Notes: generated from the letters alone by a model not told the origin. Positions 19,553 through 27,652 are shown, counted from the stretch's first letter. The stretch: 29,402 nucleotides of DNA from a virus (IMGVR_UViG_3300020235_000119:1-29402); one strand, 5' to 3'. Numbers and translations are program-made.

Positions 19553-20332
19553 CTACATGTTATCGTCAGCCTCTTCCTTCTCTTCTTCGGTTGTGGTGGC
19601 ACCGCGATCTACGCCGCGTATTCCAGCCTTAACCGCCTCGTACAGGCTCTCTGCTTGTGCATAGATTGCCTCCGAGACAAAGCCGAGTTGCTCGACTTTC
19701 CAGTTGAAGTAATCCTGTCCAGCCTGATTTTGCGCCTCAATCGCGGAGAGCTTGTAATAACGCTCCCACCGATCGCCGGTCGCTATTCTAATCATGCTGT
19801 TGAGTTGACGGGACGGTTTCAACTGAGATCGGGACATTGAGATAACAATCTCAGTGGTTCGTGGGTCTTCAGCGAGTGAGTCGGGGTCCAATAGCAGCCC
19901 GAACTGTTGGGCTGTATCCTGGATTTCGAGCACTGGTTCCTGTTTTTCGGTCAACTGACCGGCATTAGGATGGTCGCCTACCGCTTCCACGGCACGTTCT
20001 TGTGTCGAGTATGCCCCGACAAAGCCACCACCAGCATCCCTGTTCTTCCATATTACCCACTCAAGACGGTAGTACACCGGAATGAACAGTACCGAGGACT
20101 CATAGAGCCGGTTGGTCACTGTATCAAATAGCATACCCACTTCAGCACCTTCAATGTACTCAGCCTTGTTTTTCTTGTGCTGAGGACTCAGGTCCTGAAC
20201 GATTGACAGCCGGGGGATCGTTACGTCGTTTATACCGACTTCTTCTGATCCTCGGGTACCTTCACCCATCCACGAAGGTCTCTCTGCCAACGCCGTTTCT
20301 TGCGCCACTGTTACTTCTTTACTTTTTGCCAT
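19553..20332 (-). CDS. Conserved phage replication-module protein, putative ssDNA-binding or annealing protein
   Basis: G.E.V...D..IPRL.IVQ.LSPQ motif; acidic C-terminal tail; doubled AAAGGAG SD. Confidence 0.65.
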   Translation of the reverse strand: MAKSKEVTVAQETALAERPSWMGEGTRGSEEVGINDVTIPRLSIVQDLSPQHKKNKAEYIEGAEVGMLFDTVTNRLYESSVLFIPVYYRLEWVIWKNRDAGGGFVGAYSTQERAVEAVGDHPNAGQLTEKQEPVLEIQDTAQQFGLLLDPDSLAEDPRTTEIVISMSRSQLKPSRQLNSMIRIATGDRWERYYKLSAIEAQNQAGQDYFNWKVEQLGFVSEAIYAQAESLYEAVKAGIRGVDRGATTTEEEKEEADDNM

Positions 20333-20454
20333 TCTCCTTTCTCCTTTCTCTGATTAACGTTCTAGCCCTAGTTTTGGCAAGGAACCATCGCCATGTAAAT
20401 AAGTGGTCCAATTTCCGCAAACCGGGAGGACCAAAACCGGGACACAGGAGCCAT

Positions 20455-20907
20455 TTAGGCCTTGCGAAGCGAAGCGGTGTCATACGTGCTGATTTCCAGT
20501 AAGTCGCTTGGGTACTCCTCCCCTTCTTTCATTTGCTCACGTATATAAGCCGCTAAAGTACTAGAATTGACTGTCTCAGTTATCAATTCGGCTGCGTCGT
20601 GTTCACGCAACCATTCCCAGAGCGCCAGTTTATTCTCCGGTGGAGTTTTAACACTGACTTGGGAAAGTACCAACATCTGTTTCTTGCTGCCATCCGGTAG
20701 GATTACCGTGATGTTTTGGATTTGGTCCTTATCAAATCGCTCCGGTATTATGGATCGAGTTAATATGCAAACCGCATCCCACGCCCTGGAAGCTTGTACT
20801 TTCGCCTGGGAGTGTTGATCTTGCAACTCCAACATCATAGCTACAAGCTGATTGTAACTAAAGTTGGCTGTGTGTGAACGCATAGCGTCCAATTCTTCTT
20901 GACTCAT
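20455..20907 (-). CDS. Conserved phage protein (usual partner of the 259-aa gene)
   Basis: LWEWLREHD...TVNSSTLAAYIREQM..G...P motif; ACAGGAG SD. Confidence 0.7.
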   Translation of the reverse strand: MSQEELDAMRSHTANFSYNQLVAMMLELQDQHSQAKVQASRAWDAVCILTRSIIPERFDKDQIQNITVILPDGSKKQMLVLSQVSVKTPPENKLALWEWLREHDAAELITETVNSSTLAAYIREQMKEGEEYPSDLLEISTYDTASLRKA

Positions 20908-20952
20908 GATTTGCTCCTGTGTTAACGTGGACCAGCGGTGCCACGTACGACT

Positions 20953-20983
20953 AGTATACCACGGACCCCGGGGGGTCTGTCAA
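20953..20983 (-). promoter_or_regulatory. Sigma70-type promoter with 19-bp spacer and dyad
   Basis: TTGACA GACCCCCCGGGGTCCGTGG TATACT. Confidence 0.8.
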
Positions 20984-20991
20984 GTCCTGGT

Positions 20992-21114
20992 TTATGACAA
21001 AGCTTCTATCATTTTCTTATAAAATTCCTCCGCTCGCTTTTGTAACTTTAATGCGTACTTATGATTCCACTTAGCAACACGTGCTCGAACTTCAGTTGCG
21101 GTCATATCTTTCAT
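20992..21114 (-). CDS. 40-aa basic helical protein (MKDMTATEVRARVAKWNHKYALKLQKRAEEFYKKMIEALS)
   Basis: Missing from the ORF track; ATGA overlap with the helicase stop; GAGG SD; fills the gap exactly. Confidence 0.65.
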   Translation of the reverse strand: MKDMTATEVRARVAKWNHKYALKLQKRAEEFYKKMIEALS

Positions 21115-22565
21115 GATAAAGCTTCCTCTACTTCTTCTGCTAAATTTCGTTTCTTACGGATTGCCCGCAAGATCATCTTATCTTCTGGTACAGCCATTTC
21201 AATGTCTTGGTACGTAACGTGATTATGTTGCCCTTTTCTATGAGCGCGATCTTCCGATTGGTACCTATCCTCGTATGAAAATGAGTTGGAATAGTAGATA
21301 ACGTAAGTTGCAGCTGTCCAAGTCTGTCCATACCCGCCGACCGTTTGATTAGAGACGATAAAACGGCACGTGGGGTCTCCTTGGAAACGGCGCACATTTT
21401 CGATACGTGCCTCATTATCGGTTGCGCCATAAAATTCCACACTTGCATCTCTTCCGTACTCGGCGTCAAGGGCCTCTCTAATATATCCAATTTCTGGTGT
21501 AAACCTAGCCCATATGATAACTTTGGTACTTTCCGCCAGTCCACTTATCAACTCCTTCATTTCATCGATTTTTGGGTTCCCACCGGGGATAGGTTTAGTA
21601 TCGTATTCCCCTTCAATTTCAAATGGGAACGATCCCCCTATGACCTGTTGATACCTCATCATTCTTTCGAGCACTGTGCTCACGGTGATTTCATCATCAC
21701 CGTCCTGCATGGCGTATTCCTGCTTAAGTTGCGTCATCACTCGTTTCTGATTATCTGTGGGTTGCACAATAACTGTAGCAGGGTAAAGTTTGTCTGGTAG
21801 GTCCAGGCATTCCTCTTTGGTGACATAATCTACATAGGGGCGGATTTTATCGAACAGGTGTTCCTGAAATTGATATCCCATGATTTGTTTAGCCCGGAAT
21901 CCACCCATCACGCAGTATTTGTTTTTAAAGACGGTGAAATTTCTGCATCCGACGATGTTCTCGTTCAGGAATCTGAATTGCCCGAAGAGGTCTTCCAAAC
22001 CTTGAGTAACCGGGGTCCCGGTCAGGATCATTCGGTATTTTGCCCATCCCCCGACTTTGATAACGTTTTTGGTCCGGATGGCTTTGTAATTTTTAATTCT
22101 TGATGATTCGTCGACAACGCACATGAATCGGTGAAATCGCTGGAAATATTCCAGTGCTTGCATAGAGCGTCCATTCTCGATGGATAATGACTCGACACCG
22201 AAGATGAAGATTTTAAGTTCATCGCGTTTTTCCCTACTCCATATTGAAGGCTGGTCGCCCGAAGCATAAACCCAGCATGAATAATCGACAGGGCACCACT
22301 TCTCGATTTCAGAACCCTGTAATTCACCAGCCTCATTGAGCCAGGTACCTTCCCCGGTATACCAAACATTTTTGATGGGAGTGGGGCAGATTATTATAAG
22401 AGCGTTTATTAAGTCCGCTTTATAACGTGCTGCGGCTAAATTGATTGCAGTATAACTTTTTCCTGTTCCCATTTCATGGAACAGAGCAAATTCTTTGAGT
22501 TTCCAAGCCTTCCGCAGGGCCACCGTTTGGTGGCCCATTGGAGGGTGCTTGAACTCGAAGGCCAC
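21111..22565 (-). CDS. SNF2-family (SF2) helicase
   Basis: HEMGTGKS, VVDES, LTGTP, QSEDRAHRKGQ motifs; GTG start. Confidence 0.9.
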   Translation of the reverse strand: MAFEFKHPPMGHQTVALRKAWKLKEFALFHEMGTGKSYTAINLAAARYKADLINALIIICPTPIKNVWYTGEGTWLNEAGELQGSEIEKWCPVDYSCWVYASGDQPSIWSREKRDELKIFIFGVESLSIENGRSMQALEYFQRFHRFMCVVDESSRIKNYKAIRTKNVIKVGGWAKYRMILTGTPVTQGLEDLFGQFRFLNENIVGCRNFTVFKNKYCVMGGFRAKQIMGYQFQEHLFDKIRPYVDYVTKEECLDLPDKLYPATVIVQPTDNQKRVMTQLKQEYAMQDGDDEITVSTVLERMMRYQQVIGGSFPFEIEGEYDTKPIPGGNPKIDEMKELISGLAESTKVIIWARFTPEIGYIREALDAEYGRDASVEFYGATDNEARIENVRRFQGDPTCRFIVSNQTVGGYGQTWTAATYVIYYSNSFSYEDRYQSEDRAHRKGQHNHVTYQDIEMAVPEDKMILRAIRKKRNLAEEVEEALS

Positions 22566-23033
22566 TTACGCGGCTTTCGCTTTGCCTTTTTCTTCCTTGG
22601 CCTTGGCCTCTGCTTTCTTGGCTGCTTCTGCAGCCTTGTTAGCTTTGGTTTTGGCCCGGGCAATTGTTGCCACACGGGGTTTCTCGCAAGCTACCTCAAG
22701 CAGCTTGGCACCGCTTGCCCGACTTTTGTCCTTTTCCCGGGCTTTGTCAGCTTTGGCGATTGCACCACGAATCCGGTTACCCAGATTCATCCGCTGCATG
22801 CCGACGTTCAGGTGATCGTACTTGGCATGAAACTCCTTGGCCGGAGTATCAGTCATTACCTGTGCCACCGCGTACACTTCGTCGAGCGTGAACCCGTCAA
22901 GTGCAATAGCGGTAACATCGTTGGTCCGCATGGTTTTCTTGCCTGAACCAGATACGCCTTTCACGTATTTGGACAGGTCCGGTTTTACCCGCACTTCTTT
23001 CGGTGCGTCCGTTCCTTCTTTCGCGTTTGCCAT
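22566..23033 (-). CDS. Uncharacterised 'RMNxGNxIRG' protein with K/A-rich tail (paralog B)
   Basis: AAGGAG SD; core aligns by eye with 27795..28196. Confidence 0.8.
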   Translation of the reverse strand: MANAKEGTDAPKEVRVKPDLSKYVKGVSGSGKKTMRTNDVTAIALDGFTLDEVYAVAQVMTDTPAKEFHAKYDHLNVGMQRMNLGNRIRGAIAKADKAREKDKSRASGAKLLEVACEKPRVATIARAKTKANKAAEAAKKAEAKAKEEKGKAKAA

Positions 23034-23059
23034 TAGTTTCTCCTTCTGGCGTTGTGGTT

Positions 23060-23132
23060 AAAAAAATGGAGGCTCCAGCTGCGACAACTAAGAAACGCAA
23101 GCAGTAGATTATAAATCTCTAGCCCCCACCGT
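23060..23132 (-). ncRNA. Putative ~73-nt structured leader or sRNA ending in U7
   Basis: GGTGGGGGCT pairs with AGCCTCCATT, enclosing two inner hairpins; begins at the predicted +1 of promoter 23139-23169. Confidence 0.45.
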
Positions 23133-23138
23133 ACCCCT

Positions 23139-23169
23139 AGTATATCATGCTACCCATGGGGTCTGTCAA
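23139..23169 (-). promoter_or_regulatory. Sigma70-type promoter with 19-bp spacer and dyad
   Basis: TTGACA GACCCCATGGGTAGCATGA TATACT. Confidence 0.8.
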
Positions 23170-23177
23170 GCCCTGGT

Positions 23178-23387
23178 TTACTCGACGCGCCAAATGCGCC
23201 CTTTTCCTTTTTCCCATCTTTGGCAATATCGCGTACCGTTTCTTCTGCCGTACCTTCTTGAGGCAAAACCGGCTTTATCGAAACCTTCTCTTCCACCGGT
23301 TGTGGCAAATGAATCACCGACTTTCATATCCTTCCATGGATATTTGTCACCGGACGGTATTGGTACTTTCTTTTCTACGTCATACAT
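23178..23387 (-). CDS. Small basic putative DNA-binding protein
   Basis: VEK.VPIP...KYPW..M.VGDSF...G.RIWR pattern of a widespread phage family; AAGGAGG SD (alternative GTG start at 23390). Confidence 0.7.
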   Translation of the reverse strand: MYDVEKKVPIPSGDKYPWKDMKVGDSFATTGGREGFDKAGFASRRYGRRNGTRYCQRWEKGKGRIWRVE

Positions 23388-23410
23388 CACTTCCTCCTTC
23401 TGGCGATTTA

Positions 23411-24166
23411 CTATCCTTTCCAGTTACTAAACTCCTTATAAACAGCACTGTACGATGTATCAACCACGTGTGCTAGGTTATCATCATCGCCAGCTTCCTC
23501 CAACCATTGCGTTCTTATTGCCATGAGCGTGTCTGGGTGACTAGGGCATTGTGGGTCTGGGTCCATTCCCAGGATTACGTAGTGCCCCTCTATTCCCTTA
23601 ATCCCCTGTTCCAGTACATGATCAACTCGATGTGCCAAGTTTAATTGTACCAGCGAGTTTATGGGAACGTTGGGTGGTTCATGCTTGGACTTGCCACTCA
23701 ATACCAGTCCTTTCTTGCTGGTTCCTTTTACCCTGGCCCGGGTTTCTTCCACCGTTGGTGGGTCCCCTTTATCGATGCGCTCTTCGACCCATTGTATGTC
23801 CTCGGGTTCTGCGAGCACAAGTTCTTGAATAACGGAAAAATTTATCCCGTCGATGAGTTTGGAGGCGTCTCCAAATCGCTTAGCCACTTGCATGAGGTAA
23901 TGGGCATGTTGCTTCGATTGGATCATGGTGTTTTCTTTACGCCACGTTCCAAACTCTTTATCAACATGAAAGAATTGACGCGCTTCTAATAGAAGCTTGC
24001 CTACCCTTATCTTACCTCTGGCGACACTCTTTACTGTGGAATCGATTGTCTTATCGATATCTTTCGCAATCCCTACGAGTTGTTTCAGTCCTGCGGCATC
24101 GATTCCCTCGTGCCATTTGCCGTGACCAGCTATGGGTTCTAATGAACCCGCTGGTGTGGTTGTCAT
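23411..24166 (-). CDS. DUF3102-like putative DNA-binding protein with J-domain-like C-terminus
   Basis: VGKLLLEAR....EFGTW..E......AHYLMQVAKRFG; C-terminal HYVILGM...GDD......SY..V. Confidence 0.65.
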   Translation of the reverse strand: MTTTPAGSLEPIAGHGKWHEGIDAAGLKQLVGIAKDIDKTIDSTVKSVARGKIRVGKLLLEARQFFHVDKEFGTWRKENTMIQSKQHAHYLMQVAKRFGDASKLIDGINFSVIQELVLAEPEDIQWVEERIDKGDPPTVEETRARVKGTSKKGLVLSGKSKHEPPNVPINSLVQLNLAHRVDHVLEQGIKGIEGHYVILGMDPDPQCPSHPDTLMAIRTQWLEEAGDDDNLAHVVDTSYSAVYKEFSNWKG

Positions 24167-24170
24167 GTTT

Positions 24171-24365
24171 TCATTTAGCTCCTTCTAGATTGAGAAACAC
24201 GGCGTCCTCGATTTGCTTGATCAAGTCGTCGGGTCTCGTTACGTGGGCACCGCCCACTTTGGTCAGGGAAAGACGGATTATCTTCACCTGTTTGAAAGTT
24301 TCAACACCCCGGAGGGCTACGATTATCTCGTAACCCTCAATTGGCCCCAGCTTATTATCGCTCAT
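24171..24365 (-). CDS. Hypothetical early protein
   Basis: ATG 24365 overlapping the upstream gene; packed in the operon. Confidence 0.55.
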   Translation of the reverse strand: MSDNKLGPIEGYEIIVALRGVETFKQVKIIRLSLTKVGGAHVTRPDDLIKQIEDAVFLNLEGAK

Positions 24366-24657
24366 TCGCACGTTTTTCCTTGTGGATCTTGTAGGTTGAT
24401 TTGATTACGTCCACAATCATCTCTTCCATCTTATCCAGGAAGTCGGGTCCCGGACTGTGTCTATGGTTGAATTGAATAGCGTAATCATCGATTGCCAATT
24501 GGCAAATAGACTTCATAACAAGAAGAGTTATGACTGGATTTATGTTCAGGTCCTGCGATCTTGCGATCGCATTCCCTACCATTGACTTTGCAATTACCTC
24601 GGCATCCACAAGGGACTCCGAGAGTTTTGCAACTGCCAAGTTCTCTATTCGGTTCAT
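24355..24657 (-). CDS. Hypothetical early protein, 100 aa
   Basis: ATG 24657 after ACAGGAG SD. Confidence 0.65.
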   Translation of the reverse strand: MNRIENLAVAKLSESLVDAEVIAKSMVGNAIARSQDLNINPVITLLVMKSICQLAIDDYAIQFNHRHSPGPDFLDKMEEMIVDVIKSTYKIHKEKRANER

Positions 24658-24673
24658 GCTTGACTCCTGTTTG

Positions 24674-25072
24674 TTATTCGCACACCGTTTCGTAAATGTC
24701 AATTTCCCGGGTCTCCGTGCCAATTTTGATTCGGGTGCATTTGGTCGACGAGAAACTGAGCCAGAATCTGGCATTTTCTGTCGGGTGCTCCCAATGGCAA
24801 GTAAACGACGATTCAGGCTCATTACCCGGGCGGCTAGTGGGTTCGTAGCCCAACTTACGAAAGACCGAGAAGATTGCATTCAGTACGTGTTTATCTCCCG
24901 AAATGAAAAGATCAACACACTCCCCGCAGAGTTCCGCTCCGTTGATGTCTATCTTGCTCAACCCTGTGGCAATCCGGCCTATTTCAACCTTGTTGGCGTG
25001 ATACCAACTGGCTTGTTTGGTCAGCGTTTCCGATTCGCGTACCATTTTCTCCTTCAACTGCTGTGTGAACAT
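24674..25072 (-). CDS. Hypothetical early protein, 132 aa
   Basis: ATG 25072 after ACAGGAG SD. Confidence 0.7.
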   Translation of the reverse strand: MFTQQLKEKMVRESETLTKQASWYHANKVEIGRIATGLSKIDINGAELCGECVDLFISGDKHVLNAIFSVFRKLGYEPTSRPGNEPESSFTCHWEHPTENARFWLSFSSTKCTRIKIGTETREIDIYETVCE

Positions 25073-25130
25073 TTTAAGCTCCTGTGGGATGATTCCCAGG
25101 TTGCCCCCTCGTTGAAGGGACAACCAGCGA

Positions 25131-25313
25131 TCACACCTTCTTGTAGACATTCAGGCCGATCATTATGTCTTCCGCGCCTGGGACTCGGGCGTTACCCCGG
25201 GTCGTTGCGATTACCTGTGATTTCTGGGATTTGCTAAGCCCCAGATTCTCGTTAAGGTTCACCACAATTGTGAGGATTCCCTCTCTTACCTTCATTTCGC
25301 AGTTCTCTGGCAT
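25131..25313 (-). CDS. Conserved 60-aa beta-rich protein
   Basis: LTI.V.L....G.SKS.KS..IATT.GN..V......IGLNVY pattern; AAGGAG SD; first gene after promoter 25351-25379. Confidence 0.75.
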   Translation of the reverse strand: MPENCEMKVREGILTIVVNLNENLGLSKSQKSQVIATTRGNARVPGAEDIMIGLNVYKKV

Positions 25314-25350
25314 TACAGTCTCCTTCCCCGGACCCCCCGGGGGTATGCCC

Positions 25351-25379
25351 ATTGTAGCACAGGCGCGGCCCCCTGTCAA
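25351..25379 (-). promoter_or_regulatory. Early sigma70 promoter, 17-bp spacer
   Basis: TTGACA GGGGGCCGCGCCTGTGC TACAAT (TGn extended -10). Confidence 0.85.
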
Positions 25380-25387
25380 GCCCTAGT

Positions 25388-25477
25388 TTACGACCAAAAC
25401 CACGGAATCATGTTAATTAGAACTAAAACGGCAAGAATAATCCAAATGGTTCGTGTTGTGGTTGGATGATATTGCAT
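25388..25477 (-). CDS. 29-aa single-TM peptide (MQYHPTTTRTIWIILAVLVLINMIPWFWS)
   Basis: Missing from the ORF track; starts 1 nt after the upstream stop and fills the gap exactly. Confidence 0.55.
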   Translation of the reverse strand: MQYHPTTTRTIWIILAVLVLINMIPWFWS

Positions 25478-25478
25478 G

Positions 25479-25667
25479 TTAGCCCGGTTCGACCGTGTAT
25501 TTGAAATCCGCTGTTCTAAACGGTCCGTTTCTCACTCTGTTGTTATGGTCCGCTATTTCCTGTGCGCCCGCTTTAGTTGCATAATACTGCACAACTCCTC
25601 TTTCCTTCATATAGGATTCTCGGGTTCCTGTTACCCCGCCGCTTACGCGGCATTTTATTCTATACAT
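25479..25667 (-). CDS. Hypothetical early protein, 62 aa
   Basis: ACAGGAGG SD. Confidence 0.7.
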   Translation of the reverse strand: MYRIKCRVSGGVTGTRESYMKERGVVQYYATKAGAQEIADHNNRVRNGPFRTADFKYTVEPG

Positions 25668-25678
25668 GTTGCCTCCTG

Positions 25679-26017
25679 TTAGCCGTGGAAGAATTTAATC
25701 AATAACTCCGGGGCGGGCCATTCCATGTAACCCAGTGGGTCCCCAGTTTCTTCATCTTCCGCTTGAAACCACTCCTTGACGTCTTCATCGGTTAGTGGTT
25801 GCATTCCATCGAGCGTGTAATACGCCCAATCCTTTACCGTGTAGGTCATTACCATGTCTTCTGCCATTTGGTAAGCGGTGTACCAACGTGCGTCCGCTTC
25901 ATAATCGCGTTCATAAGGCTTCCCATCCCGGCCAATAAAGTCGATTCCCGTGAGGGATTCCTTTATATGTTCGGCCAATTTGGTGATGTTCGGCCCCGTT
26001 TGGGGTTTCTCACTCAT
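25679..26017 (-). CDS. Acidic, aromatic-rich early protein
   Basis: ACAGGAG SD; D/E- and W/Y-rich. Confidence 0.7.
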   Translation of the reverse strand: MSEKPQTGPNITKLAEHIKESLTGIDFIGRDGKPYERDYEADARWYTAYQMAEDMVMTYTVKDWAYYTLDGMQPLTDEDVKEWFQAEDEETGDPLGYMEWPAPELLIKFFHG

Positions 26018-26029
26018 TTCTAGCTCCTG

Positions 26030-26299
26030 TTAGTGTAGCTTCTGCATTTCTTCCTCTGAGAGTTCTGACCTCAGTGCGTTATCAATGAACCCAAACAGTA
26101 GGCCGAGTTCTCTACAAGCTTCCTCGTATTCCTGTGGGCTTACTTCAGATGGGTTCGTGCCTGTTAGAACTTCGAACACGTACCCGTTTGTTTTCAGGGT
26201 TGCATGTAACACGGAGAGAAGAACAAAGGAATCAATTTGTACTGTTTCCTGCTCCCCTTCCGCGTCGTTTGCTAACCCCACGATTACCGTGAGTTTCAT
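26030..26299 (-). CDS. Acidic early protein, 89 aa
   Basis: AGGAG SD. Confidence 0.7.
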   Translation of the reverse strand: MKLTVIVGLANDAEGEQETVQIDSFVLLSVLHATLKTNGYVFEVLTGTNPSEVSPQEYEEACRELGLLFGFIDNALRSELSEEEMQKLH

Positions 26300-26307
26300 G
26301 TTATCTC

Positions 26308-26550
26308 CTATTTGTTAAATTCCCTGATCTTCTCCAGGGTTGCTGCTACTTCCTCTATGTATTCCTCGTGGAATTTCACCTCGTCTGGAATGAGGTCTCG
26401 TTTCGTGTCTATCAAGCTGTCTAGCTGGTTATCTAGTGCTTCCACTATGATTGCCAACTCGTGGCTTTCGAGTTCTGTATAAACACGTCCGTCCGGAACT
26501 GGCCCGTCCAACACGCTCAGAACTACGTGCATTTCTTCCATTGTTGTCAT
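26308..26550 (-). CDS. Acidic early protein, 80 aa
   Basis: GAGG SD; ATGA overlap with the upstream gene. Confidence 0.7.
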   Translation of the reverse strand: MTTMEEMHVVLSVLDGPVPDGRVYTELESHELAIIVEALDNQLDSLIDTKRDLIPDEVKFHEEYIEEVAATLEKIREFNK

Positions 26551-26711
26551 CTTCCTACCTCTTCTAGTAGTTTCTCTAGTTCAATTGTTTCGTCCCGGGT
26601 CCAGGTTTCAAACTCCTCGCAACCTGTCCACTCGTCCATTCCGAGTATTCGGTCCATTTCTATTGCCATGTTTAGCAACGCCCGAAGGAACTTAATTTGC
26701 CGTTGCGTCAC
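26547..26711 (-). CDS. 54-aa acidic early protein (MTQRQIKFLRALLNMAIEMDRILGMDEWTGCEEFETWTRDETIELEKLLEEVGR)
   Basis: Missing from the ORF track; GTG start with AGGGG/AGGA SD; its stop overlaps the next ATG. Confidence 0.65.
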   Translation of the reverse strand: MTQRQIKFLRALLNMAIEMDRILGMDEWTGCEEFETWTRDETIELEKLLEEVGR

Positions 26712-26871
26712 GTTCCTGCCCCTGTTTAGCGTATTTGTGTTTGATGCGCTTCACGTGGCGTTCGTGCCGCGCCTGCGCTGTTATCGTCTTCCGACAGAAT
26801 CCGGGGTTCGAGTTGCAGAATTGCTGAATCTCGCCCTCGGTCGTGTTGTGTGTGATGTTCAGATGGTTCAT
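26692..26871 (-). CDS. 59-aa early protein (MNHLNITHNTTEGEIQQFCNSNPGFCRK...)
   Basis: Missing from the ORF track; ACAGGAG SD; ATGA overlap. Confidence 0.6.
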   Translation of the reverse strand: MNHLNITHNTTEGEIQQFCNSNPGFCRKTITAQARHERHVKRIKHKYAKQGQERDATAN

Positions 26872-27032
26872 TGTTGTGCTCCTGTGTTACTCGCTTCTGT
26901 TTGCGAACCTGCGGCCCCATTCCCGTCCAACCCGCAATGCGGGCAGTATTCGGGGTATGTTTCCTCGTCGTGTTCAAGAACGCCGCTCGCGCCGCAGTTC
27001 TCACATTTCAAGATTGTATGCCATTTCGACAT
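26868..27032 (-). CDS. 54-aa zinc-ribbon protein (CENC...CPHC)
   Basis: Missing from the ORF track; ACAGGAG SD; first gene after promoter 27084-27112. Confidence 0.7.
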   Translation of the reverse strand: MSKWHTILKCENCGASGVLEHDEETYPEYCPHCGLDGNGAAGSQTEASNTGAQQ

Positions 27033-27083
27033 TTCCTGTCTCCTGTGTTGCGAAACCCGACCGGGGGGCCGGGGCGCACCCCC

Positions 27084-27112
27084 ATTATAACACAGGCGGG
27101 CTGCGCTGTCAA
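27084..27112 (-). promoter_or_regulatory. Early sigma70 promoter, perfect consensus, 17-bp spacer
   Basis: TTGACA GCGCAGCCCGCCTGTGT TATAAT. Confidence 0.9.
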
Positions 27113-27159
27113 GCCCTAGTTGCCTCTGCCCAGAAGAGCCGCGTGATAAATAAATTACG

Positions 27160-27275
27160 AGCGAGACCGGTCCCGCTCAGAAGGCGTGTGATTGATTCTC
27201 GAACTTGGGAATAATCCCCTCAACGTGTCTCTTGCCGCTGAGGGCAACTGAGGAGAAGGACCAGCGAGACCGGTC
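27160..27275. repeat. 13-bp direct repeat AGCGAGACCGGTC x2 (contains palindrome GACCGGTC)
   Basis: Copies at 27160-27172 and 27263-27275. Confidence 0.7.
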
Positions 27276-27567
27276 TTGATGATGTTCTGTGTTTCAGGCC
27301 CCGTCGTTCGGGGCGGGTCTCCGTGGTCTTCCTGGTCCTTCTTTTTAAGAACTAGAGAGAAGAGAGAAGAGAGGGGGGTGTATTCGCGCAGGAAGGGATC
27401 CCCCCTCGCCGCTGGGTTACGGATGCGTCGCCCGAGAAGGACCATATAAGGAGTCGCTCCCCGCTAATGGGTTGGCGAACACCGGTGCCTCCGTCTGCGG
27501 TTGTCGCTCTGCTTCCCTAGTTCCATTGGTCCGCTTCTGATTCCCGGGGCCGGGGGAACTTGTTCGC

Positions 27568-27652
27568 AAGTCCACTTCCTAAGTCGTCGTCGTGCTGAAT
27601 GTGTTCCCAAGTCCACTTTGCAAGCCATTCAGGTTCCGTGGGAAGTCCACTT
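27568..27652. repeat. AAGTCCACTT x3 (dyad AAGT-NN-ACTT)
   Basis: Copies at 27568, 27609 and 27643. Confidence 0.75.

Noticed and set aside
23060-23132. Purine riboswitch or tRNA
   Set aside because: TATAAT and GTTTCT are present but only 11 nt apart, and the loop-loop motifs are missing; there is no T-loop, anticodon arm or CCA.
27057-27070. Second operator copy downstream of the 27084-27112 promoter
   Set aside because: Only 9 of 14 bases match, and it is better explained as the 5' mRNA hairpin.
27568-27652. Mini-CRISPR array
   Set aside because: The repeat is only 10 bp with uneven spacing (41 and 34 bp), and there are no cas genes.
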